A stretch of 62,200 bases of DNA from Parasitella parasitica NRRL 2501 (lineage: Eukaryota > Fungi > Mucoromycota): NCBI GenBank assembly GCA_025201805.1, contig MU619341.1:52566-114765 (forward strand), given 5' to 3'. The notes below the pieces were generated by a model that made no database searches, was not told the DNA's origin, and saw only the letters and a program-made list of their open reading frames with translations. Within the stretch, counting starts at the first letter, position 1; each line of letters opens with the position of its first letter. A program made the translations under genes and the position numbers. Positions 61,601 through 62,200 of the stretch are shown here, piece by piece.

Positions 61601-62200
61601 TTTTCTCATAAAATCACGATTAATTTGGCTAAGTCAACCCCAAAATCTTAAAAACAAAAAAACAGGGTTTCCCCCTATTTTGATGTTAGGCGGAATTTGA
61701 AATTCGACCAAAAATAGAAATTGGTAGAATTTCAATGAATACCCCCCCCTCAATAGCCGAAAAATGCCTTACCACACTTCACAGCTTCGGATAAAATGGC
61801 CCATCTCAAAAACTGCTAGGGTAAGCACAGTCGATGAGTAGAAACAGCCTACATGCTCCTGTATGACCCGGATAAAAAGCTAATGTCAAGTTTCAATGAT
61901 AGGCTATCCACTTGACATCAAGAGAGAACTAAAACTACAAATGTAAACTTTTCAATTAGTAAGAAAACTCTCACAAAATCATAATAAATGATAATACCTG
62001 AATGAACTATTGCACTAGAAACACGCCATCCTGTATATTGTTTTCTTGTAATAGGTACTATAAAAAATGTGCATGAGAGTGTTAGTTATGGTCTTTTAGA
62101 AAACGTATGTATTATTCACTGTCTTTAAGGAAAAAAATCGACTTTACCCAGAATCAAAGCGGTACAAAGTATAGTACCAGCAATAATGAACACAAATTGC

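Noticed and set aside
58900-62200. AT-rich terminal region with short ORFs, possibly old transposon debris
   Set aside because: No RT, integrase or transposase motifs and no terminal repeats recognised

Overview
AT-rich eukaryotic genomic DNA with short (about 50-100 nt) GT-AG introns, microsatellites and assembly gaps. Gene content and style point to a Mucorales fungus (Mucor/Parasitella-like; inference). About 25 protein-coding genes can be reconstructed: cytochrome b561, NC2-alpha, IRC3-like helicase, UBL-BAG protein, Caf120/Skg3-like PH protein, PP2A B55, V-ATPase subunit e, mitochondrial ABCB half-transporter, F-box protein, CINP-like protein, CCT, PIG-A, CUE protein, MFS sugar porter, Ecm31, Dre2, an HDAC, a SAM methyltransferase, a tandem exonuclease, a C2H2 transcription factor, Sur7/PalI, SERCA and two unknowns. 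There is also a frameshifted WD40 pseudogene and three fragments of a decayed dispersed repeat. Two genes stand out. (1) An animal class IIa-type HDAC (CCHC structural zinc subdomain, GHP..LGGY motif) that keeps the catalytic Tyr and is fused to an N-terminal Tudor-knot/chromo-barrel domain. (2) An intronless ~1094-aa protein with an intact DEDDy 3'-5' exonuclease domain and a catalytically dead duplicate, joined by a disordered linker with GW/WG-like Trp motifs, making it a candidate RNAi-associated nuclease. No RNA genes, CRISPR arrays or intact transposons were found. Family assignments come from motif recognition, not database searches, and exon boundaries were read by eye.
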